This document shows positions 43,008 to 52,193 of a stretch of DNA of 61,702 bases, piece after piece (position 1 is the first letter of the stretch; each line of letters opens with the position of its first letter). Below the pieces are notes generated by a model. That model was not told the DNA's origin, searched no databases, and saw only the letters and a list, made by a program, of their open reading frames with translations. The DNA is from Candidatus Hydrogenedentes bacterium UBA2224 (lineage in GTDB: Bacteria; Hydrogenedentota; Hydrogenedentia; Hydrogenedentales; SLHB01), in contig DDYW01000104.1 of assembly GCA_002348185.1 (NCBI GenBank), forward strand, positions 1 through 61,702, written 5' to 3'. Position numbers and translations under genes: made by a program.

Positions 43008-44870
43008 GTGTCGCCAAACCTGAATGCATTCGTACCCGCCGCCGGCGTCGGAGAACGCCTGCGCCCCATCACCCTGCACACCCCCAAACCTCTGCTGCCG
43101 GTACTGGGAAAACCCCTCCTGTCCAGAACCCTCGACCGGCTTTCGGCCCTGGGCGTCGATCGCATCGGTCTCAATCTGTTCTACAAACCGGACGCTATCG
43201 TCTCGTGGGTCAAGACCTCTCCGTACCGGGAGCATGCCTGCTTTTTCCCGGAAGACACCCTGCTGGGTACCGGAGGCGCGCTCAAGAACGCCGAACCGTT
43301 CCTGCGCGGGAGCGTGTTCATTGTTCATAACCCGGACATCCTGACCGACATCGACCTCGAGGCGCTCGTCCAGGCGCACAGATCCTCCGGCAACATCGTC
43401 ACCCTGGCCCTGCACGATTGCCCCGCGTTCAATAAGGTCGCCGTCGATTGCGCCGGCCGGGTCGTGGGCGTGGGGGATGTCGTTCTGGCTCCCGGCACGG
43501 CCCGCATTCTGGCCTTCACGGGCATCGCCGTCTACGACCCGGACTTTCTCGACTTGTTCCCCCGTGGCGTTTCGAATGTGGTGGACGCCTGGCTGGACGC
43601 CATCCGGGCGGGGCGTGCCGTCGCGTGTGTCGACGTCACCGGCCGCCTGTGGCACGACATCGGCACCCCGGCCTCGTATGCGGCCGCCCTTGTCGATACG
43701 CTCCGCCGCGACGGCGAATGGATCTACGCCGCCCGGGACGTTCAGGGGCGTCACATCGAGCTGGACGGCTACGTCGTGCTCGAGGACAGGTGCACGCTCG
43801 GCGACGCCGCGGCGTTGCGCAATTGCATCGTTCTTCCGGATACTCCGGTCGCCGCCGGGGCCCGGTTTGAGAATGCCATTGTCGGCAAGGGCTTTCACGT
43901 GGCGCTCGACGAACCGGAATTTCTCGGCCATCGCGTCACCGGACACGGCATCCCCATCGGCGTCGGCGGTTCGGGCCGCCGCTACTACCGATTCCGCAAG
44001 GCCGGGGGAACTGTCGTCCGTATGGTCTGTCCGCCCGACGAAGCCGATTACGAGCGCCACATGGCCTATTCACGGTTCTTTGCCCGTCACCAGGTCCCCG
44101 TGCCAGCACTGCTGCACCACGAGCCGGACGCCAGACGCGCGGAGTTCGAAGATCTCGGCGATCTGTCGCTCTACAACTACCTCCGGTTCCCGCGCACGGC
44201 GGACGAGGTCGAGGCGCTCTACCGGCTCGTTCTTACGCGCGTGATTTCGCTGCATGTCGATGCGTCCCGTCAGGTCCAGGAGTGCGAACTGCTCGCCACC
44301 CGGCTGTTTGATTTTGACTATTTCCGATGGGAAACCGCCTATTTCCTCGAACGCTTTGTCGAGGGGCTGTGCAATCGGAGCCCGGCGGACCGCGATGCCC
44401 TCAACCGCGACTTCGACCGCCTGGCGCGGCAGGCCGACGCCCTCCCCAAGTCCATCATCCATCGGGATTTCCAGTCTCAGAACATCATGATTGCCCGTGG
44501 CGTTCCCCGTTTCATCGACTACCAGGGCGCGCGCATGGGCCCCGCCGCCTACGATATCGCCGCCGTCCTCTGGGATCCCTATTACCGCCTTGACGACGCC
44601 ATGCGTGAACGCCTCCTGGCGCACTACACCGGCTTGCGCGCGGACCGCGAAACGGAGGCTTTCTCAACGCCCGCTTTCCTCGACGCGCTCCTCATCTGCC
44701 GCCTCCAGCGCCACATGCAGGCGCTGGGCGCCTATGGCTTCCTGTCCACCGTGCGGGGCAAACTCCATTTCCGAAAATACATCCCGGAAGGTCTCCGTCT
44801 CCTCAGGCAGGACGTCGCCGAAGCCGGCGGCGCCTACCCGGCCATCGCCGAACTCGTGGCCGCGCTGTGA
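43008..44870 (+). CDS. Bifunctional fusion: sugar-1-phosphate nucleotidyltransferase (MurU-like, with short LbH tail) and APH-fold anomeric sugar kinase (AmgK-like)
   Basis: GTG start with GGGGAGG upstream. The N-terminus FVPAAGVGERLRPITLHTPKPLLPV is the G-x-G-x-R...PK nucleotidyltransferase motif. The middle part is hexapeptide-like (LEDRCTLGDAAALRNCIVLPDTPVAAGARFENAIVG). The C-terminus has IHRDFQSQNIMI and FIDYQGARMGPAAYDIAAVLWDPY, which are the APH/AmgK catalytic loop and DxG-type motifs. Confidence 0.8.
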   Translation: MSPNLNAFVPAAGVGERLRPITLHTPKPLLPVLGKPLLSRTLDRLSALGVDRIGLNLFYKPDAIVSWVKTSPYREHACFFPEDTLLGTGGALKNAEPFLRGSVFIVHNPDILTDIDLEALVQAHRSSGNIVTLALHDCPAFNKVAVDCAGRVVGVGDVVLAPGTARILAFTGIAVYDPDFLDLFPRGVSNVVDAWLDAIRAGRAVACVDVTGRLWHDIGTPASYAAALVDTLRRDGEWIYAARDVQGRHIELDGYVVLEDRCTLGDAAALRNCIVLPDTPVAAGARFENAIVGKGFHVALDEPEFLGHRVTGHGIPIGVGGSGRRYYRFRKAGGTVVRMVCPPDEADYERHMAYSRFFARHQVPVPALLHHEPDARRAEFEDLGDLSLYNYLRFPRTADEVEALYRLVLTRVISLHVDASRQVQECELLATRLFDFDYFRWETAYFLERFVEGLCNRSPADRDALNRDFDRLARQADALPKSIIHRDFQSQNIMIARGVPRFIDYQGARMGPAAYDIAAVLWDPYYRLDDAMRERLLAHYTGLRADRETEAFSTPAFLDALLICRLQRHMQALGAYGFLSTVRGKLHFRKYIPEGLRLLRQDVAEAGGAYPAIAELVAAL

Positions 44871-45031
44871 ACTTCTGGCAGTATCCTGTGTTTCGCAGGC
44901 GGCGGGAGGGCAGACCCCGGGAGTCCGGCCGCTTCTTGACAGTGCGAGGCCGCTTTACGTTACCCTGACTGTGCCAGAGAGGCGGTGCGCGGACTGCCGC
45001 GGACCTGCCGCTGCTGTCTCGGGAGGTGGGT

Positions 45032-46639
45032 GTGAATGACATCCGTTTTTATTCGGCATGCTGCGCCGTCGTCATATTCTTGACGTTTGCCGCACACGCT
45101 TCTTCTGACGCGCCCGGGAATGCCGTTCCGCCCAGGCGGAGCGACACGCCCGACACACTTGCTCAGACCGACCCGGTGGTCGACCCGCCCGTGGTGTTGC
45201 GCCCGGAAGAGGCGGAGAGAAAACGCGTGGCCGAACGTCTCGACACCGCGGCGCTCTTGTACACGGGCAAGGTGGTCACGGACCGGACCCGGCGCATGCT
45301 CAAACCGCCGTCGGGATTCACGGAACGTGCCGGTCCGGAGTACGTAATTGCCAGCGTGCCGCCGCGGGTTGATTTTGCCGTCATCCCCGCCGACCCCATG
45401 TTCTTCAGCGCGTCGCCGGTAGCGTCCCGGTCCGAAAACTCAAACGAGGCGGGGCCGTGGGCATGCTGGTCACAGGCTGCCTTTGACAGCCGTACCGGCC
45501 GGTTCTACTCCTGCATCGGCGACCATGGAAAATATGGCGGCCATATCTACCCGATCGAATATGATCCGGCTGCGAAAACGGTCCGCTGTCTTCCCGAGAT
45601 CAACCGGGCCCTGGGCCGTGGCCTTTCCACCTTCACCGATGGCAAGGTTCACGGGTGGCTCGATCTGTACCGGAGTTCGCAGACTCAACGCTCACACCTG
45701 TGGTTCTGCACGTACTGGGCCAAATACCCCGAGCCGGACGAGGAGGATTACGCGAGCGGCTATTCGGGCGGCCACATCATGAGCTGCGACCCGCTGACGG
45801 GCGACTACGTTGATTACGGGGTGCCCTTGAAACGGGCCTCGTGGCCGTTTCACCGTCTGGACACAAAACGCGGCATTCTCTACGCCGTGGGCATGTTCTC
45901 GGAGTTTCTCGCGTGGGACGTCAACGCGCAGCGGACGCTTTGGGCGGGGCACCTCCCTGACGGCATGGCCTGGTACGTACGGGCTTTCCTCATCGACGAG
46001 GAGACCGGCATGGTCTACTGCGCCAATGGCCACGAACGCGATCCCGAACGCCATTTTCTCAAGTACAACCCCTTTACGAACCGGTTCTCGAGGCTCGCAT
46101 GCCATGTTCCCGCGACAACCAGCCCGCCTTCGGAACTGGATCGCGATTTGGGTGCCTATGCTCCCATGCGGGCGCACACCGCCCAGCGCGGGCCGGATGG
46201 CCTGTTCTGGTGCGTAACGCTGAGCGGCCAGCTATTCACCTTCGACCCCGTAAGCGAGGAAATCGTCGACAAAGGCCCGAACTGGTGCGGTCAGCAGCGC
46301 TACACGGGTTCCATGGCGCGCAGTCCCGGCGGCCGGTATCTCTACTATGCGCCCGGCGCCCACGGCCATGGCTACTCGGACGGCTCACCGTTGATTCAGT
46401 ATGACACCCGGACAGGAACCAGGAAGGTGCTGGCGTTCTTCTTTCCCTATTATTTCGCGAAATACGGATATACCGCCGGCGGGACCTTCTCGATCAAGCT
46501 GGACGAAAAAGGGGAACGGCTGTTCATGGTGTGGAACGGGGCATTCGTCGAGCACGAAGGGGAACGGCTGAGTGGAGATGTCTTCGGCAACTGTTCGGTG
46601 ATGTGCGTCGCCATCCCCGAAACCGAACGCCAGGAGTAA
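45032..46639 (+). CDS. Secreted hypothetical protein (probable beta-propeller)
   Basis: The track ORF starts at 45026. GTG at 45032 is preferred because GGGAGG lies 5 nt upstream. The signal peptide is ...SACCAVVIFLTFAAHA. The protein is strand-rich with repeated G-x-(L/F)-(Y/F/W) motifs (GRFYSCIG, GILYAVGM, GMVYCANG, GLFWCVT, RYLYYAPG). I do not recognise a family. Confidence 0.7.
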   Translation: MNDIRFYSACCAVVIFLTFAAHASSDAPGNAVPPRRSDTPDTLAQTDPVVDPPVVLRPEEAERKRVAERLDTAALLYTGKVVTDRTRRMLKPPSGFTERAGPEYVIASVPPRVDFAVIPADPMFFSASPVASRSENSNEAGPWACWSQAAFDSRTGRFYSCIGDHGKYGGHIYPIEYDPAAKTVRCLPEINRALGRGLSTFTDGKVHGWLDLYRSSQTQRSHLWFCTYWAKYPEPDEEDYASGYSGGHIMSCDPLTGDYVDYGVPLKRASWPFHRLDTKRGILYAVGMFSEFLAWDVNAQRTLWAGHLPDGMAWYVRAFLIDEETGMVYCANGHERDPERHFLKYNPFTNRFSRLACHVPATTSPPSELDRDLGAYAPMRAHTAQRGPDGLFWCVTLSGQLFTFDPVSEEIVDKGPNWCGQQRYTGSMARSPGGRYLYYAPGAHGHGYSDGSPLIQYDTRTGTRKVLAFFFPYYFAKYGYTAGGTFSIKLDEKGERLFMVWNGAFVEHEGERLSGDVFGNCSVMCVAIPETERQE

Positions 46640-46696
46640 CGGCCCACTGCGCACGTGAGACGCGCAGTTTGCTCAACTGACGGAGGCTTGATAGAC

Positions 46697-48343
46697 ATGG
46701 TCAAATCGAGTGTCCCCTGTGCTTTTTCGCTTCTCCTGCTCATCCTGCTCAACGCGATTCCACGAGCGGAAGGACAGCCCACCGTACCAACGGCCATCCT
46801 GGACGTAAAAGCACTGGGCGCAGTCGGCGATGGACATGCGATGGACACCCGCGCGGTACAGAGCGCAATTGATGCATGCGCTGAAAGCGGCGGCGGAACC
46901 GTCTATTTCCCCCCTGGCACGTACCTCTCTGGCAGCCTGCATCTTCGCAGCGGCGTTTCGGTGTGGATTGATGCCGGCGCCACCATCAAAGGCAGCGAGA
47001 ACAACGATGACTACGATCCATACGAGGAGTTGGGTTTTGAGAATGATTCAGACAGCGAAACGTCCTACTTCCACTACGCGCTCATCTGGGGCGAGGACGT
47101 CGAGCGCGTCGCCATCGTTGGACAGGGAACCATCGACGGGAACCGGACAAAGCGGCGCGGGCCGAAACCCATTGCCTTGAAACGCTGCCGCCATGTCGAC
47201 ATTAAGGGCATCACCATTGTAAACGCGCCTAATTACTGCATCAGCATGCTCGGCACCGATGACGTCAATATCGATGGCATCACTATTCGCAACGCCTACT
47301 GCGACGGTATCGACCCGGATTCCTGCCGGAATGTGCGCATTTCAAACTGCGACATCCAATCCGTCGATGACGCCATCGTACCGAAAGCCAGTTTCACCCT
47401 GGGCGAACGGCGGTCCACTGAGAATGTCGTCGTCACGAATTGCATCCTGGCCACGGAATGCAACGGATTCAAACTCGGCACCGAATCGAGCGGCGATTTC
47501 AAGAGAATCGCCGTAAGCAATTGCGTCATCATGGGGCTGCGCGGGGAGCCCGCGACAGGCGGCATCTGCCTCGAAAGCGTGGACGGCTCCAATATTGACG
47601 GAGTCGTTGTGTCCCACATCACCATGGTCAACGTGCGCGCGCCTGTCTTTATCCGTCTGGGAAATCGCGGACGGGACATGGAAATGCCCGTTCCCGGTTC
47701 TCTCAGGAATGTCTGCATTTCAAACATCGTGGCCACGGGAGCCTCCCTCGCTTCAAGCATAACGGGTATCCCCGGACATGACGTGGAGAACGTTACCCTC
47801 TCCAACATCCAGATCGTCTGCGCGGGCGGCGGGCCCTATTGTGCGCCCGATGAGACCATTCCCGAAGTGGAAGGCCAGTACCCCAGCGCAGACATGTTTC
47901 AAGTCCTACCGGCCTACGGTGTGTATTGCCGCCATGTGAAGGGGATCCTCTTGACGGACATGAACCTCTCCTATGACGACGGCTTCTACCGCCTCAAGGC
48001 CACGAGAAACCGGGATATCGAGTGGATAAACAACGCGGGGATTCCTCAGCCGTCCGCCCCCGGGCGCGCGGGGCTCGCGTTGTTCTGTGACGACGTAACC
48101 GCGCTCTGCCTCGACGGTCTTCGAGCGCGCCCTTCGAAAGAGGACGATGCCGTCCTGCGTCTCGCTAACTGCCGCGACGTCCTGGTGCGCGGTTGTCTGG
48201 CTGAGGAAGGCACTCGCGCATTCGCGGAGATCGCCGGTGAACAGACCCGGCGCATCCGTTTCACCGCAAACCACCTTGACGCGGCCCCAACGGCTGTTTC
48301 AATTCTGGATGCCGACCCGGCGGAGGTGGTCCCGGAAAGATAG
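46697..48343 (+). CDS. Secreted GH28-like glycoside hydrolase (pectate_lyase_3 N-cap and parallel beta-helix; polygalacturonase-type)
   Basis: Trimmed to the ATG at 46697 (CGGAGG upstream), giving signal peptide MVKSSVPCAFSLLLLILLNAIPRAEG. LDVKALGAVGDGHAMDTRAVQSAIDACAESGGGTVYFPPGTYLSGSL is the classic N-cap. NAYCDGIDPDS and SVDDAIVPK sit at the GH28 catalytic-Asp positions. Confidence 0.82.
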   Translation: MVKSSVPCAFSLLLLILLNAIPRAEGQPTVPTAILDVKALGAVGDGHAMDTRAVQSAIDACAESGGGTVYFPPGTYLSGSLHLRSGVSVWIDAGATIKGSENNDDYDPYEELGFENDSDSETSYFHYALIWGEDVERVAIVGQGTIDGNRTKRRGPKPIALKRCRHVDIKGITIVNAPNYCISMLGTDDVNIDGITIRNAYCDGIDPDSCRNVRISNCDIQSVDDAIVPKASFTLGERRSTENVVVTNCILATECNGFKLGTESSGDFKRIAVSNCVIMGLRGEPATGGICLESVDGSNIDGVVVSHITMVNVRAPVFIRLGNRGRDMEMPVPGSLRNVCISNIVATGASLASSITGIPGHDVENVTLSNIQIVCAGGGPYCAPDETIPEVEGQYPSADMFQVLPAYGVYCRHVKGILLTDMNLSYDDGFYRLKATRNRDIEWINNAGIPQPSAPGRAGLALFCDDVTALCLDGLRARPSKEDDAVLRLANCRDVLVRGCLAEEGTRAFAEIAGEQTRRIRFTANHLDAAPTAVSILDADPAEVVPER

Positions 48344-48438
48344 CCGCGGGACTGTAGTCCGAGGCATGCCGGCCTGAACGCGATTCGGTGTACGTGAACG
48401 CCGGAAGCTTTTTGACTCCCCGCCGGGTCTCTTGTCTA

Positions 48439-49080
48439 ATGTGCCCCATCATGATTGCGGCTCTTGCCACCGGTACCGTGCTCGGTCTGTCTTCGGGCCT
48501 TTCTCCAGGCCCGTTTTTTGCCCTGGTCGTTTCGCAGTCGCTTCGGCACGGCGCGCGTGAAGGCATGAAGGTGGCGGTCGCTCCGTTGCTCACCGACGCG
48601 CCCATCATTCTCCTGTGCGCGGTGGTGCTGACGCGTCTGTCGAATTTTCAGGTCGTTCTTGGCGTGATCACGCTCGCCGGGGCGGGTTTTGTGTCGTACC
48701 TGGCGTACGAGAGTCTCCGGACTTCCGGCTTTGACCTCGTGGCGGCGCCTGCTCAGCCAAAATCGCTGCGCAAGGGCGTCCTCGTCAATTTTCTGAATCC
48801 CCACCCGTATCTCTTCTGGCTTACCGTCGGCGCGCCGATTATCTTGAAAGGATGGGCGGAGAATCCTCTGGCGGCGGTGTCTTTTCTGGCGAGTTTCTAC
48901 ACCTGCCTCATCGGCGCCACAATCGTGGTTGCCGCGGCCACGGCACATTCACGACGCTTCTTCGCCGGAAGAGCCTATGTCTGGCTCATGCGCCTTCTCG
49001 GTGCCTTGCTGTTTTTGTTTGCTTTGATGCTCTTCTGGAACGCCCTGGGGTTCTTCGGCGTTGTGGGTTCGCGTGTGTGA
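48439..49080 (+). CDS. LysE/RhtB-family amino-acid exporter
   Basis: GLSSGLSPGPFFALVVSQSLRHG and NFLNPHPYLFW are LysE-family signatures, and there are 5-6 TM helices. The start could be ATG 48439 or ATG 48451. The upstream part of the track ORF is non-hydrophobic. Confidence 0.82.
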   Translation: MCPIMIAALATGTVLGLSSGLSPGPFFALVVSQSLRHGAREGMKVAVAPLLTDAPIILLCAVVLTRLSNFQVVLGVITLAGAGFVSYLAYESLRTSGFDLVAAPAQPKSLRKGVLVNFLNPHPYLFWLTVGAPIILKGWAENPLAAVSFLASFYTCLIGATIVVAAATAHSRRFFAGRAYVWLMRLLGALLFLFALMLFWNALGFFGVVGSRV

Positions 49081-49088
49081 GGCGCAAC

Positions 49089-49937
49089 CTACAGCACGTC
49101 CGCGTTAAAGGTGTCGCCCTGACTCAGGTTGCCCGCCGCATACCCCTTGTGAAACCACCGCTGCCGCTGTTCCGAAGTCCCGTGCGTGAAACTGTCCGGA
49201 ACAACATAGCCCTGAGCCGCCTTCTGAATGCGGTCATCCCCGACCGCACTCGCGGCGTTCATCGCTTCCTCGAGGTCCCCCTCCTCCAGAAGGTTCATCC
49301 GGGCCGCGTAATGGGCCCACACCCCGGCCAGATAGTCGGCCTGCAACTCAAGACAAACCATGTACTTGTTGAACTCGGCCTCGCTGAGCCGGGTGCGTTG
49401 AGCCATCACCTGTTCCATGATCCCCAGGCGCGTCTGAACATGATGCCCGATCTCGTGCGCAATCACGTACGCCATCGCAAAATCGCCGGGCGCCTGAAAC
49501 TTCTCCTGCAATTCCCGGTTGAAGGCCAGGTCGATGTACACCTTGCTGTCGCCCGGGCAGTAGAACGGCCCGGTCGCCGCGCCGGCAAACCCGCAGGCGG
49601 ACTGCACACTGTCCGTAAACAGCACCAGTTTCGGTAATTCGTACTCTTTACCCATGTCGCGGAACAGCTTCGTCCACACGTCTTCGGTTTCGGCCAGTAC
49701 TACCGACACGAATTGCGCGAGTTCCTCCTCTTCGGCCGTCGGCACGTACGGCGCCGTGCTTTGCTGCCCCTGCATCTGCTGCATCGTGTCCATAACCTGC
49801 GAGGGATCCCCGCCCAGGAAATACACGGCCAGCACGATGATGATGGTGCCGATGCCGCCCCCGACCATGCCCCGTTTGGCGGAAAGGCCCCGGCGATCTT
49901 CCACGTTCGCGCTCGCCCTTCTGTCTTTCCAGCGCAT
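49089..49937 (-). CDS. ypfJ: YpfJ-family neutral zinc metallopeptidase (membrane-anchored)
   Basis: AAGGAGA lies upstream. MRWKDRRASANVEDRRG, then one TM helix, then ACGFAGAATGPFYCPGDSKVYIDL and the HEIGHH zinc motif, as in YpfJ/PF04228-type proteins. Confidence 0.88.
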   Translation of the reverse strand: MRWKDRRASANVEDRRGLSAKRGMVGGGIGTIIIVLAVYFLGGDPSQVMDTMQQMQGQQSTAPYVPTAEEEELAQFVSVVLAETEDVWTKLFRDMGKEYELPKLVLFTDSVQSACGFAGAATGPFYCPGDSKVYIDLAFNRELQEKFQAPGDFAMAYVIAHEIGHHVQTRLGIMEQVMAQRTRLSEAEFNKYMVCLELQADYLAGVWAHYAARMNLLEEGDLEEAMNAASAVGDDRIQKAAQGYVVPDSFTHGTSEQRQRWFHKGYAAGNLSQGDTFNADVL

Positions 49938-50052
49938 TGCATTCTCCTTCTTTACTGCGTATTAAGACACGGTTGATGATTAACTCCAAGTCGAAACACC
50001 ATATCCCGGCTCTTCGTTCCCGTCACGGAGAGTCCTGCTCGCTCTCCATGCT

Positions 50053-50081
50053 ATTATGCCCCTTCAAGGCCTCGCCCGCAA
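50053..50081 (-). promoter_or_regulatory. Candidate sigma70-type promoter for ypfJ in an AT-richer intergenic patch
   Basis: On the minus strand: TTGCGG (50081-50076), a 17-nt spacer, then CATAAT (50058-50053), about 110 nt upstream of the start at 49937. Confidence 0.3.
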
Positions 50082-50194
50082 CAATCAGAATCATTCGGGT
50101 TCGTCTCTCTAAGTTCTATTGTGAAGAACAGTTAGCCTGAGCCGGGGTTCAGGGTTCCGCCTTGAAGATACCCGTTTCGCACGAGGACGCGTTC

Positions 50195-51955
50195 TCACCG
50201 CACACTCGGCGTCCCGGGAGCGGCGAGCGTCGGCCCTGCTCCTTCAAGAACTTCACTCTCGACCCGGCAGCGCCCGTATACGTCCAGGGGGGCAAGCGGA
50301 TGACGAAACGCGTACGCGACCAGCAGCGCGTGCGGTAACGTGCCCACGGAGACGAGCCGGCGAAACCCTTGCTGATGAAGACGCGCATCCAGGGCCTTCA
50401 CCTGGTCTTCCGGGTACGTCGCCTGGATGTTGGACTCACGGAGCGGATTGACCGGAATCACCGCGTAGTCGGCGCCTTCCAGTTCCTCCCTGGCGTCCAG
50501 AAACGATTCCGGCGTGCGGAATACAAGGCCGTTCTTCAACGACGCCTCGCGTAGCGCCGCCGGCGCGAAGCCCATGTCCCGTGAGACGACCACGACACTC
50601 CCTTCGCGCGCGTGCGCCCCAAGCCACTGCACTACCAGTACCCGGGAGTCCTCAACAGCCATCCACGCGGCGTGGGCCGCCCACGCGTTCCAGAGGATAA
50701 GCGCGGCGGTCCCGGCCGCCACGGCGCGCACACCCCAGATGCCGCACCTGCCCCGGGGAACGCGAGTCCGCAGCAGCCGCGCAACTTCGGACAGCCCGGT
50801 CAGTGCCGCAAACGCGAGGAAGGGCGCGAGAGGATAAAGGTTTCGGATGGGCTGATACTTGAACCGCAGGTAAAACCAGAGCATGAACACGGTCCAGACC
50901 GTCAAGGGAACGAACAGCCTCGGGCGTATGGCCATCCCCAGAATATACCCTGTCCCCGCAAGCAGCAGGAACGGCCATCCCGCATTATCGCCTTGAACCG
51001 CGAGGCTCGCCACCTTCTCGGTCGGCATCACGTGTTTGTAGATATGCAGGAGTTCGAGCGTCCCCGCGAAGAAACCGGGCGGATTCGCCAGAAAGTTGGG
51101 GGAGAGCACGAGAAATCCCGGGACCGCCGCCGCGCACAATGCGATTCCGCCGGCCACTTTCTTCTTCCACGGCAGCGCCGCGGCTGCTACCCCCAATAGC
51201 GGAAACCCGAGCGCCAGAAGCCCCGTGAATTTAAACGCCGCCGACGCGCCGCATGCGAGTCCTGCCAGCACGAGATAGCGTGGCGCGCCCTTCACGCGCC
51301 AGCGCAGAAATGCCCAGAGCATCGCCGCGAAAAAGAACACCATGGGGATGTCGTTGTTCACGCTGTGCGAATGCACTACCAGCGCCGGAAGAAACGCGAA
51401 AAACAGGGTCCCCGTAAACGCCCAGCCCCAGGAATGCTCCACGCGGAATGCCCGGTACACCACCCATACCGACGCCGCCGAAAACAGCGCGACGAGGATG
51501 CGGCCCACCAGCAGAAAAATCGGGGGCTCGACCACCGAGTAGTAGGGTTCGACCGATGCCGGATCGTGACCGTATTTCTGCGTGAAATACTCCGTGTCCG
51601 GATACACTGTCACCGTCTCGCGAAACTCGTCCAGCGTGTGCATCGACCGGTGACAGGCCCAGATGGGCGCGTTAATGAGGTTCATCAGGCCCGGATAGTA
51701 CTGGTACCAATGCGGATCCAGCGTGCTGTCCCGAAACATGTTCATCGCATGACGTACGACGTAGCCTTCGTCTATGTACGTCAAGTACGGGTAGTTCAGG
51801 GCCACGCCGTCCAGGCGAAACAGCGTCGCGGCGGCGAGCAGCACGCTGACCGCACCCGCGCGAAACCAGCGCCGTCCCGGCGCTTGACGAAACGCCCGGG
51901 ATGAACTTCCTGCGGGCTCCTCGCGTTCCACCCTGTCCGGATCGGCCACGTGCAT
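50195..51955 (-). CDS. GT-C-fold membrane glycosyltransferase (GT39/PMT_2 / ArnT-like) with C-terminal periplasmic domain
   Basis: Track ORF 50195..52252 trimmed to the ATG at 51955. The upstream 99 aa are non-hydrophobic and overlap the divergent gene start. About 11 TM helices follow. The first loop, YPYLTYIDEGYVVRHAMNM, is like the D-E/D-x loop of PMT/ArnT enzymes. The C-terminal ~190 aa are soluble. Confidence 0.7.
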   Translation of the reverse strand: MHVADPDRVEREEPAGSSSRAFRQAPGRRWFRAGAVSVLLAAATLFRLDGVALNYPYLTYIDEGYVVRHAMNMFRDSTLDPHWYQYYPGLMNLINAPIWACHRSMHTLDEFRETVTVYPDTEYFTQKYGHDPASVEPYYSVVEPPIFLLVGRILVALFSAASVWVVYRAFRVEHSWGWAFTGTLFFAFLPALVVHSHSVNNDIPMVFFFAAMLWAFLRWRVKGAPRYLVLAGLACGASAAFKFTGLLALGFPLLGVAAAALPWKKKVAGGIALCAAAVPGFLVLSPNFLANPPGFFAGTLELLHIYKHVMPTEKVASLAVQGDNAGWPFLLLAGTGYILGMAIRPRLFVPLTVWTVFMLWFYLRFKYQPIRNLYPLAPFLAFAALTGLSEVARLLRTRVPRGRCGIWGVRAVAAGTAALILWNAWAAHAAWMAVEDSRVLVVQWLGAHAREGSVVVVSRDMGFAPAALREASLKNGLVFRTPESFLDAREELEGADYAVIPVNPLRESNIQATYPEDQVKALDARLHQQGFRRLVSVGTLPHALLVAYAFRHPLAPLDVYGRCRVESEVLEGAGPTLAAPGTPSVR

Positions 51956-52193
51956 TTCCTGAGTCAGTCTCTGCGCTGTGCGTATCGTGAAGGCAAACTT
52001 CGTCTCAACGACTATGACAGCCCCGCGCACGCGGTTCAACGCTGTTTTGCGCTGCGTGGACCGCAAGGCGCCCTGTGGCCCGGGAGCGTCGCGATTCGCT
52101 CCGGTTGACGTACGAGGCGGGATTCTGTTCCACTGATGAATGAAGTACATCTCTGTACCAAGCCCCGTCAACTGACCATGGAGCCGGGAAAGA

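Noticed and set aside
52131-52165. A hammerhead-ribozyme-like CUGAUGA box followed by a small hairpin (gtac-atctct-gtac) in the divergent intergenic region.
   Set aside because: The GAAA box and the other conserved core nucleotides are absent. The flanking sequence cannot form stems I and III. A lone CTGATGA heptamer is expected by chance.
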